Source: Oscillospiraceae bacterium
GTDB taxonomy: Bacteria > Bacillota > Clostridia > Oscillospirales > Ruminococcaceae
NCBI GenBank assembly: GCA_031547945.1
Contig: JAVBRN010000002.1
Location: 15,736-79,735 of the forward strand
Direction: 5' to 3'
DNA: 64,000 nt
Under the pieces are notes generated by a model. That model was not told the origin of the DNA. It saw nothing but the letters and a program-made list of their open reading frames with translations, and searched no databases. Of this stretch, positions 1 to 10,281 are shown piece after piece (positions within the stretch are counted from its first letter, which is position 1; the number at the start of each line of letters is the position of its first letter). A program made the position numbers and the translations under genes.

Positions 1-32
1 AGTAGCGTTCGGCTTTTTGATATGTAACATAA

Positions 33-68
33 AAGAACGGGTATTTGTTTTTGCAGATACCCGTTCTT
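33..68. terminator. perfect 12-bp-stem hairpin, possible terminator of the gene left of the window (or bidirectional)
   Basis: AAGAACGGGTAT (33-44) pairs with ATACCCGTTCTT (57-68) across a 12-nt loop. An A-run lies before it and a short T-run after; the T-run is better when read on the minus strand. Confidence 0.35.
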
Positions 69-113
69 AATGATACGAGATAGAAAACACTAGTGATGGA
101 AGGAGGAACGATT

Positions 114-1523
114 TTGAAAGCTTTGGATTTGCAGCCTACATACGAGAATATAAAAGAAACCTTTCTAAATGACAGCATCGATCGGAATAATGAAGTCATG
201 TATTTTTGTGAACTCCTTCATGAAATCGAGGGAAGTTGTTCGATTGCAGTGGACGGGAAATGGGGATGCGGAAAAACTTTTTTTGTAAAACAGGTCAAAT
301 TTGTGTTGGATACATATAACGAATTTCGCGGGGTTCCCATCGACGGTGGAGATGCACAAAAAGTCAAGGCAAAGGTTAAGGCATATTACAATGGAAACGA
401 CGATGCAAACTACGAAAACAAAAAGCAGGTTTGCGTGTATTACGATGCTTGGGAAAACGACAATGACCAAGATCCGATGTTGTCATTGATTTATGCAATA
501 TTGCAAAGCGACGACATAAACATAAGCAAAATTAAAAACGACCGCAATTTTCTAGGGATTGTGGGGAGCATTGCAGATGTAATAACAGGAAGAAATGTTT
601 TAAAACTGTTTGAAGAAGTGAAAGGCATAAATCCACTTGACACAATCAAAACGAAAAAATCAGCACATACGCTCGTGAATGAACTTTTTGACCAGCTGTT
701 GATTGAGCATGGCAACCGCCTTGTTGTTTTTGTGGACGAATTGGATCGCTGCAAACCGAGTTACGCAGTGCAAGTGTTAGAGCGAATCAAGCATTATTTC
801 TCAGATGAAAGGGTCACGTTTGTTTTCGCGGTGAATATGGAACAACTGCAGCATACGATTAAGAAATTTTATGGGTACGGGTATGAGGCAACACGCTATC
901 TCGATCGGTTTTTCGATTTACGCGTATCGCTTTCTCCTGTCAGTAGAGAGAAGTATGCAAAATTAGTTTTCCACAACAAAAGATCCTTCATATATAACGA
1001 TATGTGTTTGGCGGTAATAGACAACTATCGTTTTGAGTTGCGAGAAATAGCGAAGTATTTCAGATTAACCAGAATTGCGTACACCCCAGGAAGCGGGAAA
1101 AGTTTGACTTCTGGAAGGAGCGAAAGAAATGCGGAAGATTTTTCCAACGCCTATATTCTTCCAATTCTAATTGGATTGAAAATGGTGGATGAATCAAAAT
1201 ATGCTGCTTTTATTGCTGGGAAAAATAGCGAACCACTTCTCGAATTTTTAGATTTTTTGAATAGCGAATGGCTTTTAAATGGGAATGAATCCTATAATGA
1301 AAAAGAGTGCAAAAAACTTGCAATAGCAGGCGAAAAAGAAGAAGAGTGCAAAAGACTTGTAACAATAGACGCAAAAGTCGAACAAGTGTACAAAGCACTG
1401 TTTGGGCGAATGGATCGAAATGACAGAGACCTACATGTTGGACAACTAACGTTTACCGCAAATATTAGAAAACACCTGATGAAAACCGTGAGCTTACTGT
1501 CCAATCAGGCAGACTACCGTTAA
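114..1523 (+). CDS. KAP family P-loop NTPase
   Basis: ORF 93..1523. Walker A is GKWGCGKTFF and Walker B-like is LVVFVDELDRCKP, the typical KAP layout. A strong GGAGGA sits 7 nt before the in-frame TTG at 114, so 114 is preferred over GTG 93 or ATG 96. The gene is visibly AT-rich. Confidence 0.8.
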   Translation: MKALDLQPTYENIKETFLNDSIDRNNEVMYFCELLHEIEGSCSIAVDGKWGCGKTFFVKQVKFVLDTYNEFRGVPIDGGDAQKVKAKVKAYYNGNDDANYENKKQVCVYYDAWENDNDQDPMLSLIYAILQSDDINISKIKNDRNFLGIVGSIADVITGRNVLKLFEEVKGINPLDTIKTKKSAHTLVNELFDQLLIEHGNRLVVFVDELDRCKPSYAVQVLERIKHYFSDERVTFVFAVNMEQLQHTIKKFYGYGYEATRYLDRFFDLRVSLSPVSREKYAKLVFHNKRSFIYNDMCLAVIDNYRFELREIAKYFRLTRIAYTPGSGKSLTSGRSERNAEDFSNAYILPILIGLKMVDESKYAAFIAGKNSEPLLEFLDFLNSEWLLNGNESYNEKECKKLAIAGEKEEECKRLVTIDAKVEQVYKALFGRMDRNDRDLHVGQLTFTANIRKHLMKTVSLLSNQADYR

Positions 1524-1597
1524 AATACAAAATTTAGTGATGCCGAATTTTCGCAGTCTATTCTCTTAACTGGAAAATGATGTTTCCGATTTAGCAC

Positions 1598-1626
1598 TTT
1601 ACGAATGGACTACAGTAAAGTATAAT
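1598..1626 (+). promoter_or_regulatory. putative sigma-A promoter of the amino-acid ABC operon
   Basis: TTTACG (1598-1603), 17-nt spacer, TATAAT (1621-1626), about 45 nt upstream of the ATG at 1670. Confidence 0.45.
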
Positions 1627-1669
1627 CAGAGACGTAGTATGTACTTTACAAAGAAACAGGAGAAAAAGA

Positions 1670-2482
1670 ATGAAACAAACACTTCAAAAAATAATGGCGC
1701 TGACCTTTGCGCTGTTGATGCTGCTTTCGCTGGGCGCCTGCGCACCCAAGCCTGCAGCAGAAGGCGACGGGACCGAGACCGATACCGCGGAAAAGACGAT
1801 CATTGTCGGTTTGGACGACACCTTTGCGCCGATGGGATTCCGCGATGAAAATGGTACACTGGTCGGATTTGATATCGACCTTGCCAACGCTGTCGCTGAA
1901 GCAATCGGCTATCAGGTTGTCTTCCAGCCAATCGATTGGGATTCCAAAGAACTCGAGCTCAGCAGCGGCAAAATCGACTGCATCTGGAACGGCATGTCCG
2001 CCACGCCTGAGCGCAAGGAAACCATGCTGCTGTCGCGCGCGTATCTCAACAACAAGATCATTATTATGACAAACGAAGGCGTTGAGATTGCGACAAAGGA
2101 AGATCTTGCCAACTACAATATCGGCACACAGGCAAAGAGCGCGGCCCTCGAGGTGCTGGAGGCGGACGATATCTATGAGACAATCAAAGATAAAGTGACA
2201 ACCTACCGCAACTATGACGAAGTGATCATGGATATGCAGGCGGGTCGCATCGACGTCATGATCGTCGACGAAGTGCTTGGCTTTTATAAAAACACACAGT
2301 TGGACAACGTATTTGGCGTTGCGCCCGTTGATTTTGGCGAAGATCTCTTTGTCATTGGTTTCCGCAAGGATGACACCGAGCTGAAAAATCTGGTCGAACA
2401 AGGGTTGGACAAAGTGATCGAAAGCGGCAAAGCGGCCGAAATTTCCCAAAAATGGTTTGGCAAGGATATCGTAATTCAGTAG
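1670..2482 (+). CDS. polar amino-acid ABC transporter substrate-binding lipoprotein (family 3 SBP)
   Basis: Signal peptide with lipobox LSLGAC. SBP_bac_3-like blocks GLDDTFAPMGF, GFDIDLANAVA and IDCIWNGMSATPERK. Confidence 0.9.
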   Translation: MKQTLQKIMALTFALLMLLSLGACAPKPAAEGDGTETDTAEKTIIVGLDDTFAPMGFRDENGTLVGFDIDLANAVAEAIGYQVVFQPIDWDSKELELSSGKIDCIWNGMSATPERKETMLLSRAYLNNKIIIMTNEGVEIATKEDLANYNIGTQAKSAALEVLEADDIYETIKDKVTTYRNYDEVIMDMQAGRIDVMIVDEVLGFYKNTQLDNVFGVAPVDFGEDLFVIGFRKDDTELKNLVEQGLDKVIESGKAAEISQKWFGKDIVIQ

Positions 2483-2628
2483 AAAAAGCATAGACAGGAG
2501 CAGAACGGGATTCAGAGCCGGCGCGACTTCACAGACTGTGCTGTGCCGTTGCTAGCATCGTTTGCCGCGCCGCTTTATCCCGCAACGTTTCACGTTGAAC
2601 GACCTTGTGTATTGCATGCGAATGCCTG

Positions 2629-2680
2629 CCGCCCCGGTGCTCATCCTTTCCGCAAAAGATAAGGTCAGAGCGCCGGGCGG
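2629..2680 (+). other. strong GC-rich hairpin inside the SBP-permease intercistronic gap
   Basis: CCGCCCCGGTGCTC (2629-2642) pairs with GAGCGCCGGGCGG (2668-2680), giving 13 bp with one bulge. No T-run follows. Confidence 0.4.
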
Positions 2681-2832
2681 CTTGGAAACGCGCGTCAGCT
2701 GATGTATTGGCCGTCATGGGTTTGGCGCACGCGAGCCCCTGCCTGCGAGCCTTTGTGCGCTGCCTTCAGTGCGATACCTTATGCAATGGCATAATTTGTA
2801 TGTTTTGATTTTTGCTGGAAAGCGAGACCATT

Positions 2833-3525
2833 ATGAACCTGAGTCCGGACTATATTGCAATTTTGCTGCCGACGCTGGCCAGGGGCGCGCTCGAGACGAT
2901 CAAAGTCTTTGGGTTGACGCTCGCTCTGGCGCTGCCGCTGGGGCTCCCGATTGCGCTTGGCAGTATGTCGCGCATCCCGCCGCTGCGCTGGCTTTGTAAG
3001 CTCTATGTGTGGGTGTTTCGCGGCACGCCGCTCATGTTGCAGCTGTTCTTCTTTTACTATGGCCTCGGCATCATCGGCAATAATGCAGGCATCGATTTTC
3101 TGCGTATGGAGCGATTTACGGCGGCGATCCTGACGTTCGTGCTCAACTATGCTGCTTATTTTTCCGAGATCTACCGCGGCGGCATCGAATCGATCGACCG
3201 CGGCCAGCACGAAGCCGCGAAAACCTTGGGGTTTACGCGCTGGCAGACAATGCGCATGATTATCATTCCACAGACAATCAAGCGGATCTTGCCGCCGATT
3301 TCCAACGAGACGATTACGCTTGTGAAGGACACGGCGCTCGTGATGGTCATTGCGCTGCCCGAACTGATCAAAGCGGCGAGCGACGCGGCCAACCGCGATG
3401 TCAATACGACAGCCTATCTGCTGGCGGCGCTGTTCTATTTATTGTTCACACTTTTGCTGACGCTGCTGTCGGGTTGGCTCGAAAAGCGGTTTTCGCGCTT
3501 TGAAGCAAAGGAGAACGCCGCATGA
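2833..3525 (+). CDS. amino-acid ABC transporter permease (His/Glu/Gln/Arg/opine family)
   Basis: ORF 2812..3525. Multi-TM protein with EAA-loop-like motif [21 protein letters not shown]. The ATG at 2833 is preferred over the TTG at 2812. Confidence 0.9.
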   Translation: MNLSPDYIAILLPTLARGALETIKVFGLTLALALPLGLPIALGSMSRIPPLRWLCKLYVWVFRGTPLMLQLFFFYYGLGIIGNNAGIDFLRMERFTAAILTFVLNYAAYFSEIYRGGIESIDRGQHEAAKTLGFTRWQTMRMIIIPQTIKRILPPISNETITLVKDTALVMVIALPELIKAASDAANRDVNTTAYLLAALFYLLFTLLLTLLSGWLEKRFSRFEAKENAA

Positions 3526-4277
3526 GCATCGTTTCGATTGAAAATGTATACAAGCACTTCGGCGCGGTAGAGGCGATCAACGGCGTTTCGCTGGAAGTGC
3601 AACAGGGCGAAGCCGTTGCGATTATCGGCGCGTCCGGTTCGGGCAAATCGACCTTGCTGCGATGCGTGAACCGGCTGGAGCGTGTGACGTCGGGCGCGAT
3701 CGCGATCGACGGGGAATACATTGTCCGCACGACCGACGGCCAGCCCAACTATGTCAGGGAAACAGAACTGCGGCGCATCTGCGGAAAGACCTGTATGGTG
3801 TTCCAGCATTTCAACCTGTTTCCGCACCTGACCTGTTTGGAAAATATTACAATTACCCCGATCAGGATTCGACGTGAGAACGCGGCGGATGCCCAGCAAC
3901 GTGCGCGTGCGTTGCTGGAGACAGTGGGACTGTCTGCCAAAGCGGATGCCTATCCATCGCAGCTTTCGGGCGGCCAACAGCAGCGTGTGGCAATTGCCCG
4001 CGCGCTGGCGCTCAACCCGCAGGTGATGCTGTTTGACGAGCCGACATCAGCGCTTGACCCGGAGATCACGGGCGAGGTGTTGAATGTGATCCGCAAACTG
4101 GCCGCGCAGAATATGACGATGCTGATTGTGACACATGAGATGACCTTTGCGCGCGAGGTGTCCAACCGCGTGATATTTATGGACGCGGGCGCGATTGTGG
4201 AAGCAGGTGCGCCGGAAGTGATATTTCAGCAGCCAAAGAGCGAACGGCTGCAGGTCTTTTTGAACTCTATCTTGTAG
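3522..4277 (+). CDS. amino-acid ABC transporter ATP-binding protein (GlnQ-like)
   Basis: Walker [10 protein letters not shown], signature [15 protein letters not shown], Walker [12 protein letters not shown]. The start overlaps the permease stop by 4 nt. Confidence 0.95.
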   Translation: MSIVSIENVYKHFGAVEAINGVSLEVQQGEAVAIIGASGSGKSTLLRCVNRLERVTSGAIAIDGEYIVRTTDGQPNYVRETELRRICGKTCMVFQHFNLFPHLTCLENITITPIRIRRENAADAQQRARALLETVGLSAKADAYPSQLSGGQQQRVAIARALALNPQVMLFDEPTSALDPEITGEVLNVIRKLAAQNMTMLIVTHEMTFAREVSNRVIFMDAGAIVEAGAPEVIFQQPKSERLQVFLNSIL

Positions 4278-4367
4278 GAAAAGTATTCCAGGCTGTCTAA
4301 AAATTGCAGCCGGACACGTGGATTTGCTGAAAGAGCAGCGCAATTTGGTGTAAGAAATGAAAGATCA

Positions 4368-4396
4368 TTGACATTTCTAAAAGAAAATGGTAAGCT
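4368..4396 (+). promoter_or_regulatory. putative promoter of the cold-shock gene (extended -10)
   Basis: TTGACA (4368-4373), 17-nt spacer, TGgTAAGCT (TAAGCT at 4391-4396). This leaves a 5'UTR of about 125 nt, which is typical for csp genes. Confidence 0.5.
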
Positions 4397-4527
4397 ATAC
4401 ACGTAATTTTGATGAACCATTGCTTCACATGCTTATGTAAGTCATTGATTCGTGATGATTTACACAAGCATGTGATTTTGTTTGGGATTCCGTCAAAATC
4501 ACGCACAATTATTTTCGGAGGTTCAGA

Positions 4528-4740
4528 ATGAACAACGGCACAGTCAAATGGTTTAACGCAGACAAGGGATATGGTTTTATCTCGAATGATGATGGCGGCG
4601 AGGATGTTTTTGTGCATTTCTCGGCGATCATGACAGATGGATTTAAAACGCTCAGCGAAGGTCAAAAAGTGACTTTCGATACAGAGCCGGATCCCAAAGA
4701 CGGCAAGAAATTGCGTGCGGTTAACGTACAGTCCGCGTAA
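4528..4740 (+). CDS. cold-shock protein (CspA family)
   Basis: 70 aa. RNP1 is KGYGFI and RNP2 is VFVHF; N-terminus reads [10 protein letters not shown]. Confidence 0.97.
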   Translation: MNNGTVKWFNADKGYGFISNDDGGEDVFVHFSAIMTDGFKTLSEGQKVTFDTEPDPKDGKKLRAVNVQSA

Positions 4741-4750
4741 AATGCATTTG

Positions 4751-4782
4751 AAAAAGCGCAGCCAACCGGCTGCGCTTTTTTG
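4751..4782 (+). terminator. intrinsic terminator of csp
   Basis: AGCGCAGCC / GGCTGCGCT stem followed by TTTTTTG. Confidence 0.85.
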
Positions 4783-4938
4783 TTAGCACTTTAACGGAGC
4801 AGCTGTCGTTTGAGGCGAGGATTCCTGACCCGGAGTGAAATGTACGCTTGAACGCAGGGGAAACTGAAACAAACGAAAAAATAGGTTACCGCGTTGCATA
4901 GAAAGCATTTCGTCTTGCCGAAATAGGACGCCGACTTG

Positions 4939-5100
4939 CAGGCTGTCAAAGAATCAAAGGTGTGAAAAAAAGGGCACAAAATATTCGACGGCCTAAAAGA
5001 TACCCACCCCTGCCGCCCAATAACGCGGGAATTTCGCCCCAACCCACATGGAAGAACATAAAATGCCGTCGGGTGCAGGAAACTGCGGATCAAGCGATGG
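4939..5100 (-). repeat. half-copy (one arm only) of the multi-copy palindromic intergenic element (copy R1)
   Basis: CAGGCTGTCAAAGAATC...CACAAAATATTCGACGGCC...CCCCTGCCGCCCAATAACGCGGGAATTTCGCCCCAACCC...GCCGTCGGGTGCAGGAAACTGCGGATCAAGCG aligns with the same arm of the copies at 20441, 24685, 26196 and 44489. The second arm is missing. Confidence 0.65.
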
Positions 5101-5175
5101 ATAAAATATCCCGAAAAGAACAGGAAGCTCCCTTTAGGGGTAAGCGCTAGGTAATCCACCCACTGGGGCTAGAAC

Positions 5176-5208
5176 GAAGTGAAAGCCCAGCGTCCTTTAG
5201 GCGCTGGG
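5176..5208 (-). terminator. probable terminator after ilvB
   Basis: On the minus strand, CCCAGCG / CGCTGGG hairpin about 20 nt after the ilvB stop, followed by CTTTCACTT (a weak U-tract). Confidence 0.45.
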
Positions 5209-5229
5209 CAGTGTTTACCCTTATAGGAC

Positions 5230-6912
5230 TTATGGCGTTTCTTCCATGAAATTGTCGATGCGCACACCGGAGGGAATCATCGGGAATACCTTGTCGTCCG
5301 CGCCGATCTCCACATTGATGACCGCTGGTTTGCCGAGCGCGAGCGCCGCCTTGAGCGTTGGCTCGACCTCTTCTTTTGTGGTGACATTGAATGCGTCGAT
5401 GTGATAGGCCTCGGCCAAGCGCACAAAGTCAACGGTCTCTTCGCTGGAACCTAGATTGGTAGCGGAATAGCGCTGTTCATAGAAATGGGTCTGCCACTGC
5501 CGCACCATGCCGAGCACGTGGTTGTTCATGATAACGACAATCACATTGGCGCCCGCACGTTTCGCGGTCGCGAGTTCGATGTTGTTCATGCGGAAACAGC
5601 CGTCGCCCGTGATATCAAACACGACTTTGTCGGGGTTGGCGAGCGCCGCGCCGATGCTTGCGCCCAGGCCGAATCCCATCGTGCCAAGTCCGCCGGACGT
5701 GACAAAATGCCGCGGATGGATGTGTGGGATATATTGGCAAGCAAACATCTGGTGCTGGCCAACATCGGTTGCGACAATCGCCTCGCCTTTCGTGAGTTCG
5801 CCAATTTTCTCCATAACATACTGCGGCCGAATCACAGCATCCTCTTTTGGATAGGAAAGCGGATGTTTTTGCTTCAGTGCTGAGATTTCGTCCATCCAGG
5901 CCGCATGGGACTGCTGTTCGAGCTGCGCGTTGAGCAAGCGCAAAACCGCGCGTAGATCGCCAAGCACGGAACTGTAAGCGCCAACGTTTTTGTTGATCTC
6001 GGCGGGGTCGATGTCAATGTGCAGAATGTGCGCTTTCTCTGCAAAGTGTGCCGCGCTGCCGGTCACGCGGTCGGAAAACCGCACACCCAGCGCAATTAAA
6101 AGATCGCAGTTCATTACGGCCAGGTTAGAGGCGCGCGCGCCATGCATGCCAATCATACCGGTGTAGCGCGGATTGGTGCTTGGAAATCCGCCCAGGCCCA
6201 TTGTGGTCAATGTGACGGGCGCGTCTACCAGATCGACAAACTGTGCGAACTCTGCGGACGCGTCGGAAATAATGAGTCCGCCGCCCGCAATGACAACCGG
6301 CTTTTTGCTCGCGCGGATCAATTCCAGTGCGTTTTGCAAATCGCTTTCCCGCAACCGGTCCATCCGCGGCTCGACTGCACGCGGCGTCTGCGGGACATAG
6401 TCCGCAAACGCGGCTGTGACATCTTTAGTGATGTCAACAAGCACCGGCCCTGGACGGCCTTCCTGCGCGATGTAAAACGCGCGGCGCACAGTGTCCGCCA
6501 GTTCATTGATATCATCGATGATAAAATTATGCTTTGTAATCGGCAGCGTGACGCCGGTAATGTCAATTTCCTGAAAGCTGTCCTTGCCGAGCAGCGGTTT
6601 GGCAACATTGCCGGTGATCGCCACGAGCGGCGAGGAATCCATATAGGCGGTCGCGATGCCGGTGACCAGATTGGTCGCGCCCGGGCCGCTGGTCGCGAGA
6701 CACACGCCGACGTTTCCGGTGCTGCGCGCGTAGCCGTCTGCGGCGTGTGCCGCGCCCTGCTCGTGCGATGTCAAAACATGACGTATTTTGTCCTGATATT
6801 TATACAAAGCGTCATATATATTGAGCACGGTGCCGCCGGGGTATCCGAAAATAGTGGTTACCCCTTGTTCGAGCAGGCATTCAAGCAAAATTTCTGAGCC
6901 GTTCAATTTCAT
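5230..6912 (-). CDS. ilvB: acetolactate synthase (acetohydroxy-acid synthase) large subunit
   Basis: ORF 5230..7107. ThDP-enzyme blocks FGYPGG, GPGATNLVTGIA and GGLGTMGFGLGASIGA. The true start is MKLNGSEILLE at 6912, preceded by GGAAGGAG; the upstream 65 codons look non-coding. Confidence 0.93.
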   Translation of the reverse strand: MKLNGSEILLECLLEQGVTTIFGYPGGTVLNIYDALYKYQDKIRHVLTSHEQGAAHAADGYARSTGNVGVCLATSGPGATNLVTGIATAYMDSSPLVAITGNVAKPLLGKDSFQEIDITGVTLPITKHNFIIDDINELADTVRRAFYIAQEGRPGPVLVDITKDVTAAFADYVPQTPRAVEPRMDRLRESDLQNALELIRASKKPVVIAGGGLIISDASAEFAQFVDLVDAPVTLTTMGLGGFPSTNPRYTGMIGMHGARASNLAVMNCDLLIALGVRFSDRVTGSAAHFAEKAHILHIDIDPAEINKNVGAYSSVLGDLRAVLRLLNAQLEQQSHAAWMDEISALKQKHPLSYPKEDAVIRPQYVMEKIGELTKGEAIVATDVGQHQMFACQYIPHIHPRHFVTSGGLGTMGFGLGASIGAALANPDKVVFDITGDGCFRMNNIELATAKRAGANVIVVIMNNHVLGMVRQWQTHFYEQRYSATNLGSSEETVDFVRLAEAYHIDAFNVTTKEEVEPTLKAALALGKPAVINVEIGADDKVFPMIPSGVRIDNFMEETP

Positions 6913-7208
6913 GGAAAAGGTCTCCTTCCAGGGATCGGTTGGGGATCGCGTGATCTGCCAAGGCAGCATTCTATATAGGGGTAACACGCATCCATGCCAA
7001 CTGTGCTGTAATCGCGGTTGGCTTGCAGAGACAGCCGGACACCGCGCCGCTTTGCCGCGCCTTGTCCTACGAAGCTTCGCATTGCAAAAGCCATTCATTA
7101 CGCGCATCCTGCAAACGGGCCTGTTCTCGCGTTGTTGGCGAACACTCCGGTTGCGGTGTGCCGACAGTATGTCTTCGGGAATGCAGACGCGCGAGGCGCG
7201 CCCTCAGA

Positions 7209-8915
7209 TTAAAATTCTAGCAATTTATCTGCGGCAAGACCGTTGCCGGCCAGAACGGCGCCGCGGTCCGCGCCGGTCACGAGTTTCGCGTAGCGCGCAA
7301 GATAGCCGCTTATCACATGCGGGGCGGGTGCCTGCCAGGCTGCGCGGCGCGCGGCCAGCTCCGCGTCGTCGACCGCAAGGTAAATGCTGCCTGCCGGGAT
7401 GTCGATCTCGATCACGTCGCCTTCGGCGACAAGCGCGATCGGGCCGCCGACCATCGCTTCCGGTGAGATATGCCCGATACTCGCGCCGCGCGACGCGCCT
7501 GAGAACCGGCCATCCGTAATCAGTGCGACATCTTTGTCCAGCCCCATACCAGCGAGCGCGGAAGTGGGGGAGAGCATCTCGCGCATGCCGGGCCCGCCTT
7601 TGGGCCCTTCATAGCGGATGACGACACAGTCGCCCTTGACAATCTGCTGTGTGTAAATCGCCGCGATTGCCTGCTCTTCTGCGTCGAACACGCGCGCGCG
7701 CAGTTTGGATACCATCATCTCGGGCGCAACAGCTGAGCGTTTGACAACGCAGCCGTCGGGCGCCAGATTTCCTTTGAGCACGGCGATGCCGCCGGTTTCG
7801 CTGTATGGCGTCTCAATGGGACGCAGAACGTGGGGGTTGCGATTCACTGCCGTCTCGATCGTATCGCCGACTGTTTTGCCGGTGACTGTCGGCAGGTCGG
7901 TGCGGATCAGGTTGCGCTTCGCAAGTTCCTTCATCACGGCGGGGATGCCACCTGCGGCATCAAGCTCGGCAATGTGGTGCGGGCCGGCAGGTGCCAGTTT
8001 GCAGAGGTTAGGCGTGCGCGCGCTGATCTCGTTCGCGAGAGAGAGGTCAATCCGGACGCCGCATTCATTGGCAATCGCCGGCAGGTGCAGCATGCTGTTG
8101 GTGCTGCAGCCAAGCGCCATATCCACGGCCAGCGCGTTGTGAAACGCGGCTTCAGTCAGGATATCCAAAGGCTTGATATCACGCGCGACCAGCGCCATGA
8201 TCTGCATGCCTGCCTGCTTGGCGAGCCGAATGCGCGCCGCCATAACAGCGGGAATCGTCCCGTTGCCGGGCAGACCCATGCCGATCGCCTCGGTGAGGCA
8301 GTTCATGCTGTTGGCGGTGTACATGCCTGCACAGGAACCGCAGCTGGGGCAGGCGCTGTCTTCAAACTCTTTTAACCTGGCGTCGTCAATTTTCCCTGCC
8401 GCGTGCGCGCCAACTGCCTCGAACGTGTTCGAAAGGCTCAGCTGCCGGCAATCGTCGCCGTCGCCGATGGTGCCGGCCAGCATCGGACCGCCGCTGACAA
8501 AGATTGTTGGTATATTGATGCGCGCGGCCGCCATCAGCATGCCGGGCACAATTTTATCACAGTTGGGAATGAGCACCAGGCCGTCGAACCCGTGCGCCGT
8601 CGCCATCGTCTCGACGGAATCTGCGATCAACTCACGGCTCGCGAGCGAGTAGCGCATGCCGGTATGTCCCATGACAATCCCGTCGCACACACCGATCGAC
8701 GGAAACTCAATCGGCGTGCCGCCGGCAGCCAATACGCCGCGCTTGACAGCCTCGGTAATTTTATCCAGGTTAATGTGCCCGGGAATAATTTCATTGAACG
8801 CGTTACAGACACCGATAAGAGGGCGCTGCAATTCTTCATCCGTATAGCCCATCGCTTTAAACAGCGAGCGGTGGGGCATTCTTTCGGGACCGGCTTTTAC
8901 TTTATCACTGATCAT
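7209..8915 (-). CDS. ilvD: dihydroxy-acid dehydratase
   Basis: ORF 7209..8942. [27 protein letters not shown] and the [Fe-S] Cys motif [16 protein letters not shown]. The ATG at 8915 (MISDKVKAG) lies directly after the ilvE stop. Confidence 0.95.
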   Translation of the reverse strand: MISDKVKAGPERMPHRSLFKAMGYTDEELQRPLIGVCNAFNEIIPGHINLDKITEAVKRGVLAAGGTPIEFPSIGVCDGIVMGHTGMRYSLASRELIADSVETMATAHGFDGLVLIPNCDKIVPGMLMAAARINIPTIFVSGGPMLAGTIGDGDDCRQLSLSNTFEAVGAHAAGKIDDARLKEFEDSACPSCGSCAGMYTANSMNCLTEAIGMGLPGNGTIPAVMAARIRLAKQAGMQIMALVARDIKPLDILTEAAFHNALAVDMALGCSTNSMLHLPAIANECGVRIDLSLANEISARTPNLCKLAPAGPHHIAELDAAGGIPAVMKELAKRNLIRTDLPTVTGKTVGDTIETAVNRNPHVLRPIETPYSETGGIAVLKGNLAPDGCVVKRSAVAPEMMVSKLRARVFDAEEQAIAAIYTQQIVKGDCVVIRYEGPKGGPGMREMLSPTSALAGMGLDKDVALITDGRFSGASRGASIGHISPEAMVGGPIALVAEGDVIEIDIPAGSIYLAVDDAELAARRAAWQAPAPHVISGYLARYAKLVTGADRGAVLAGNGLAADKLLEF

Positions 8916-8916
8916 A

Positions 8917-9984
8917 TTAGCGCACCTCTTGTACCCAGCCAAACGGATCGTTGGCGTGGCCGGTTTGAATTGCGGTCAATGCGTCGTAGAGTTGCTGGGT
9001 CAATCGGCCAATCTGGCCGTCGTTGATTGTAATACGATTGCCCGCCCAGTTAAATTCGCCGATTGGCGAGATGACGGCGGCTGTCCCGCTGGCGAACGCC
9101 TCTTTTAAGGACCCAGACGCATGAGCATCGTATAGCTCTTGCACCGTGATGTGTCGCTCGACGACGTTGACTCCCCAGCTTCTTGCCAGTTGCATCACCG
9201 AATCACGCGTGACACCGCACAAAATGCTGCCGCCGCTGGCATCGGGCGTGACCAGCTCGTTGTCGATTACAAAAAACGCGTTGCTCGTTCCAACTTCCTC
9301 GATATACTTTCGCTCGATACCGTCCAGCCACAGCACCTGCGTATAGCCAAGGTCATGTGCCTTTACCTGTCCCTTCAGGCTGATTGCATAGTTCGCGGTC
9401 GCCTTGGTATAGCCGATGCCGCCGCGCACCGCGCGGACATATTCGTCTTCAATATAAATTTTTGTGGGCGCCAGGCCGTCAGGATAGTAGGAGCCGACCG
9501 GCGACAGAATGATCATAAATTTGTAAGTTTCAGAGGGGCGCACGCCCAGATGCGGCTCGGTTGCGAACGCAAACGGGCGGATATACAGCGAGGTGCCGGG
9601 TGCGGACGGAATCCAGTCGGCATCCATTTTTATCAGCGCGTGCAAGGCCTGCAACACAAAAGCCTCGTCGACCGGCGGAATGCAAAGACGCTCACTGGAG
9701 CGATTCATTCGCTTAAAATTCTGGTCAGGCCGGAAAAGCAGAATGCTGCCGCTTTCGGTTCGATAGGTTTTCAGCCCCTCAAACACCGCTTGGCCATAGT
9801 GCAGCACCATCGCGGCGGGGTCAAGCGCCAGCGGCGCATACGGGACAATCGAGGGATTGTGCCAGCCGGTGCCCTCCAGATACTCCATGACAAACATGTG
9901 GTCGGTAAAGTATTGGCCAAACCCCAAAGTTTCCATTGCCGGTTTTTGTTTTGGATTGGCGGTGCGCTCGATGCGAATGTCCAT
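8917..9984 (-). CDS. ilvE: branched-chain amino-acid aminotransferase (class IV)
   Basis: ORF 8917..10017. About 355 aa; [13 protein letters not shown] and [12 protein letters not shown] blocks. The start MDIRIERT at 9984 has a GAAGGGG RBS. Confidence 0.9.
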   Translation of the reverse strand: MDIRIERTANPKQKPAMETLGFGQYFTDHMFVMEYLEGTGWHNPSIVPYAPLALDPAAMVLHYGQAVFEGLKTYRTESGSILLFRPDQNFKRMNRSSERLCIPPVDEAFVLQALHALIKMDADWIPSAPGTSLYIRPFAFATEPHLGVRPSETYKFMIILSPVGSYYPDGLAPTKIYIEDEYVRAVRGGIGYTKATANYAISLKGQVKAHDLGYTQVLWLDGIERKYIEEVGTSNAFFVIDNELVTPDASGGSILCGVTRDSVMQLARSWGVNVVERHITVQELYDAHASGSLKEAFASGTAAVISPIGEFNWAGNRITINDGQIGRLTQQLYDALTAIQTGHANDPFGWVQEVR

Positions 9985-10281
9985 TTTCAGATGCCCCTTC
10001 TTATAGTCGTCAGTCAATGAGAATTGATAGCAGCCACATTTTTAAACGAAGCGTTGCTTTGTATTTCATGCAGAACAGCGATTGTCTTTGTTGGAGCGTG
10101 AGCCTGATGTATCATCAAAAATTGTGCGGTGAAGAAAAACGCGAAAGGCTGCGTGCTTTAACTTTGCCTTGCGTTTCAGAATCGAGTTTGCTTAAAACAA
10201 CTTCAAAACGCAACCGACTGCCAATCCAGCACAGTTCGCAATACACGGAGACGAGAATAATAGACATAGCACAAACAGGGT

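Noticed and set aside
6913-7107. N-terminal 65-codon extension of ilvB, and similar extensions of ilvD, ilvE, leuC, cimA, ilvN, pyrC, carA, pyrD, pyrF, pyrK, the ECF S-component, LytTR, the ABC ATPase and the PBP in the ORF track
   Set aside because: In each case an internal start with a good Shine-Dalgarno sequence coincides with the conserved N-terminus of the family. The upstream residues are Arg/Cys/Pro-rich and do not look like real protein sequence.
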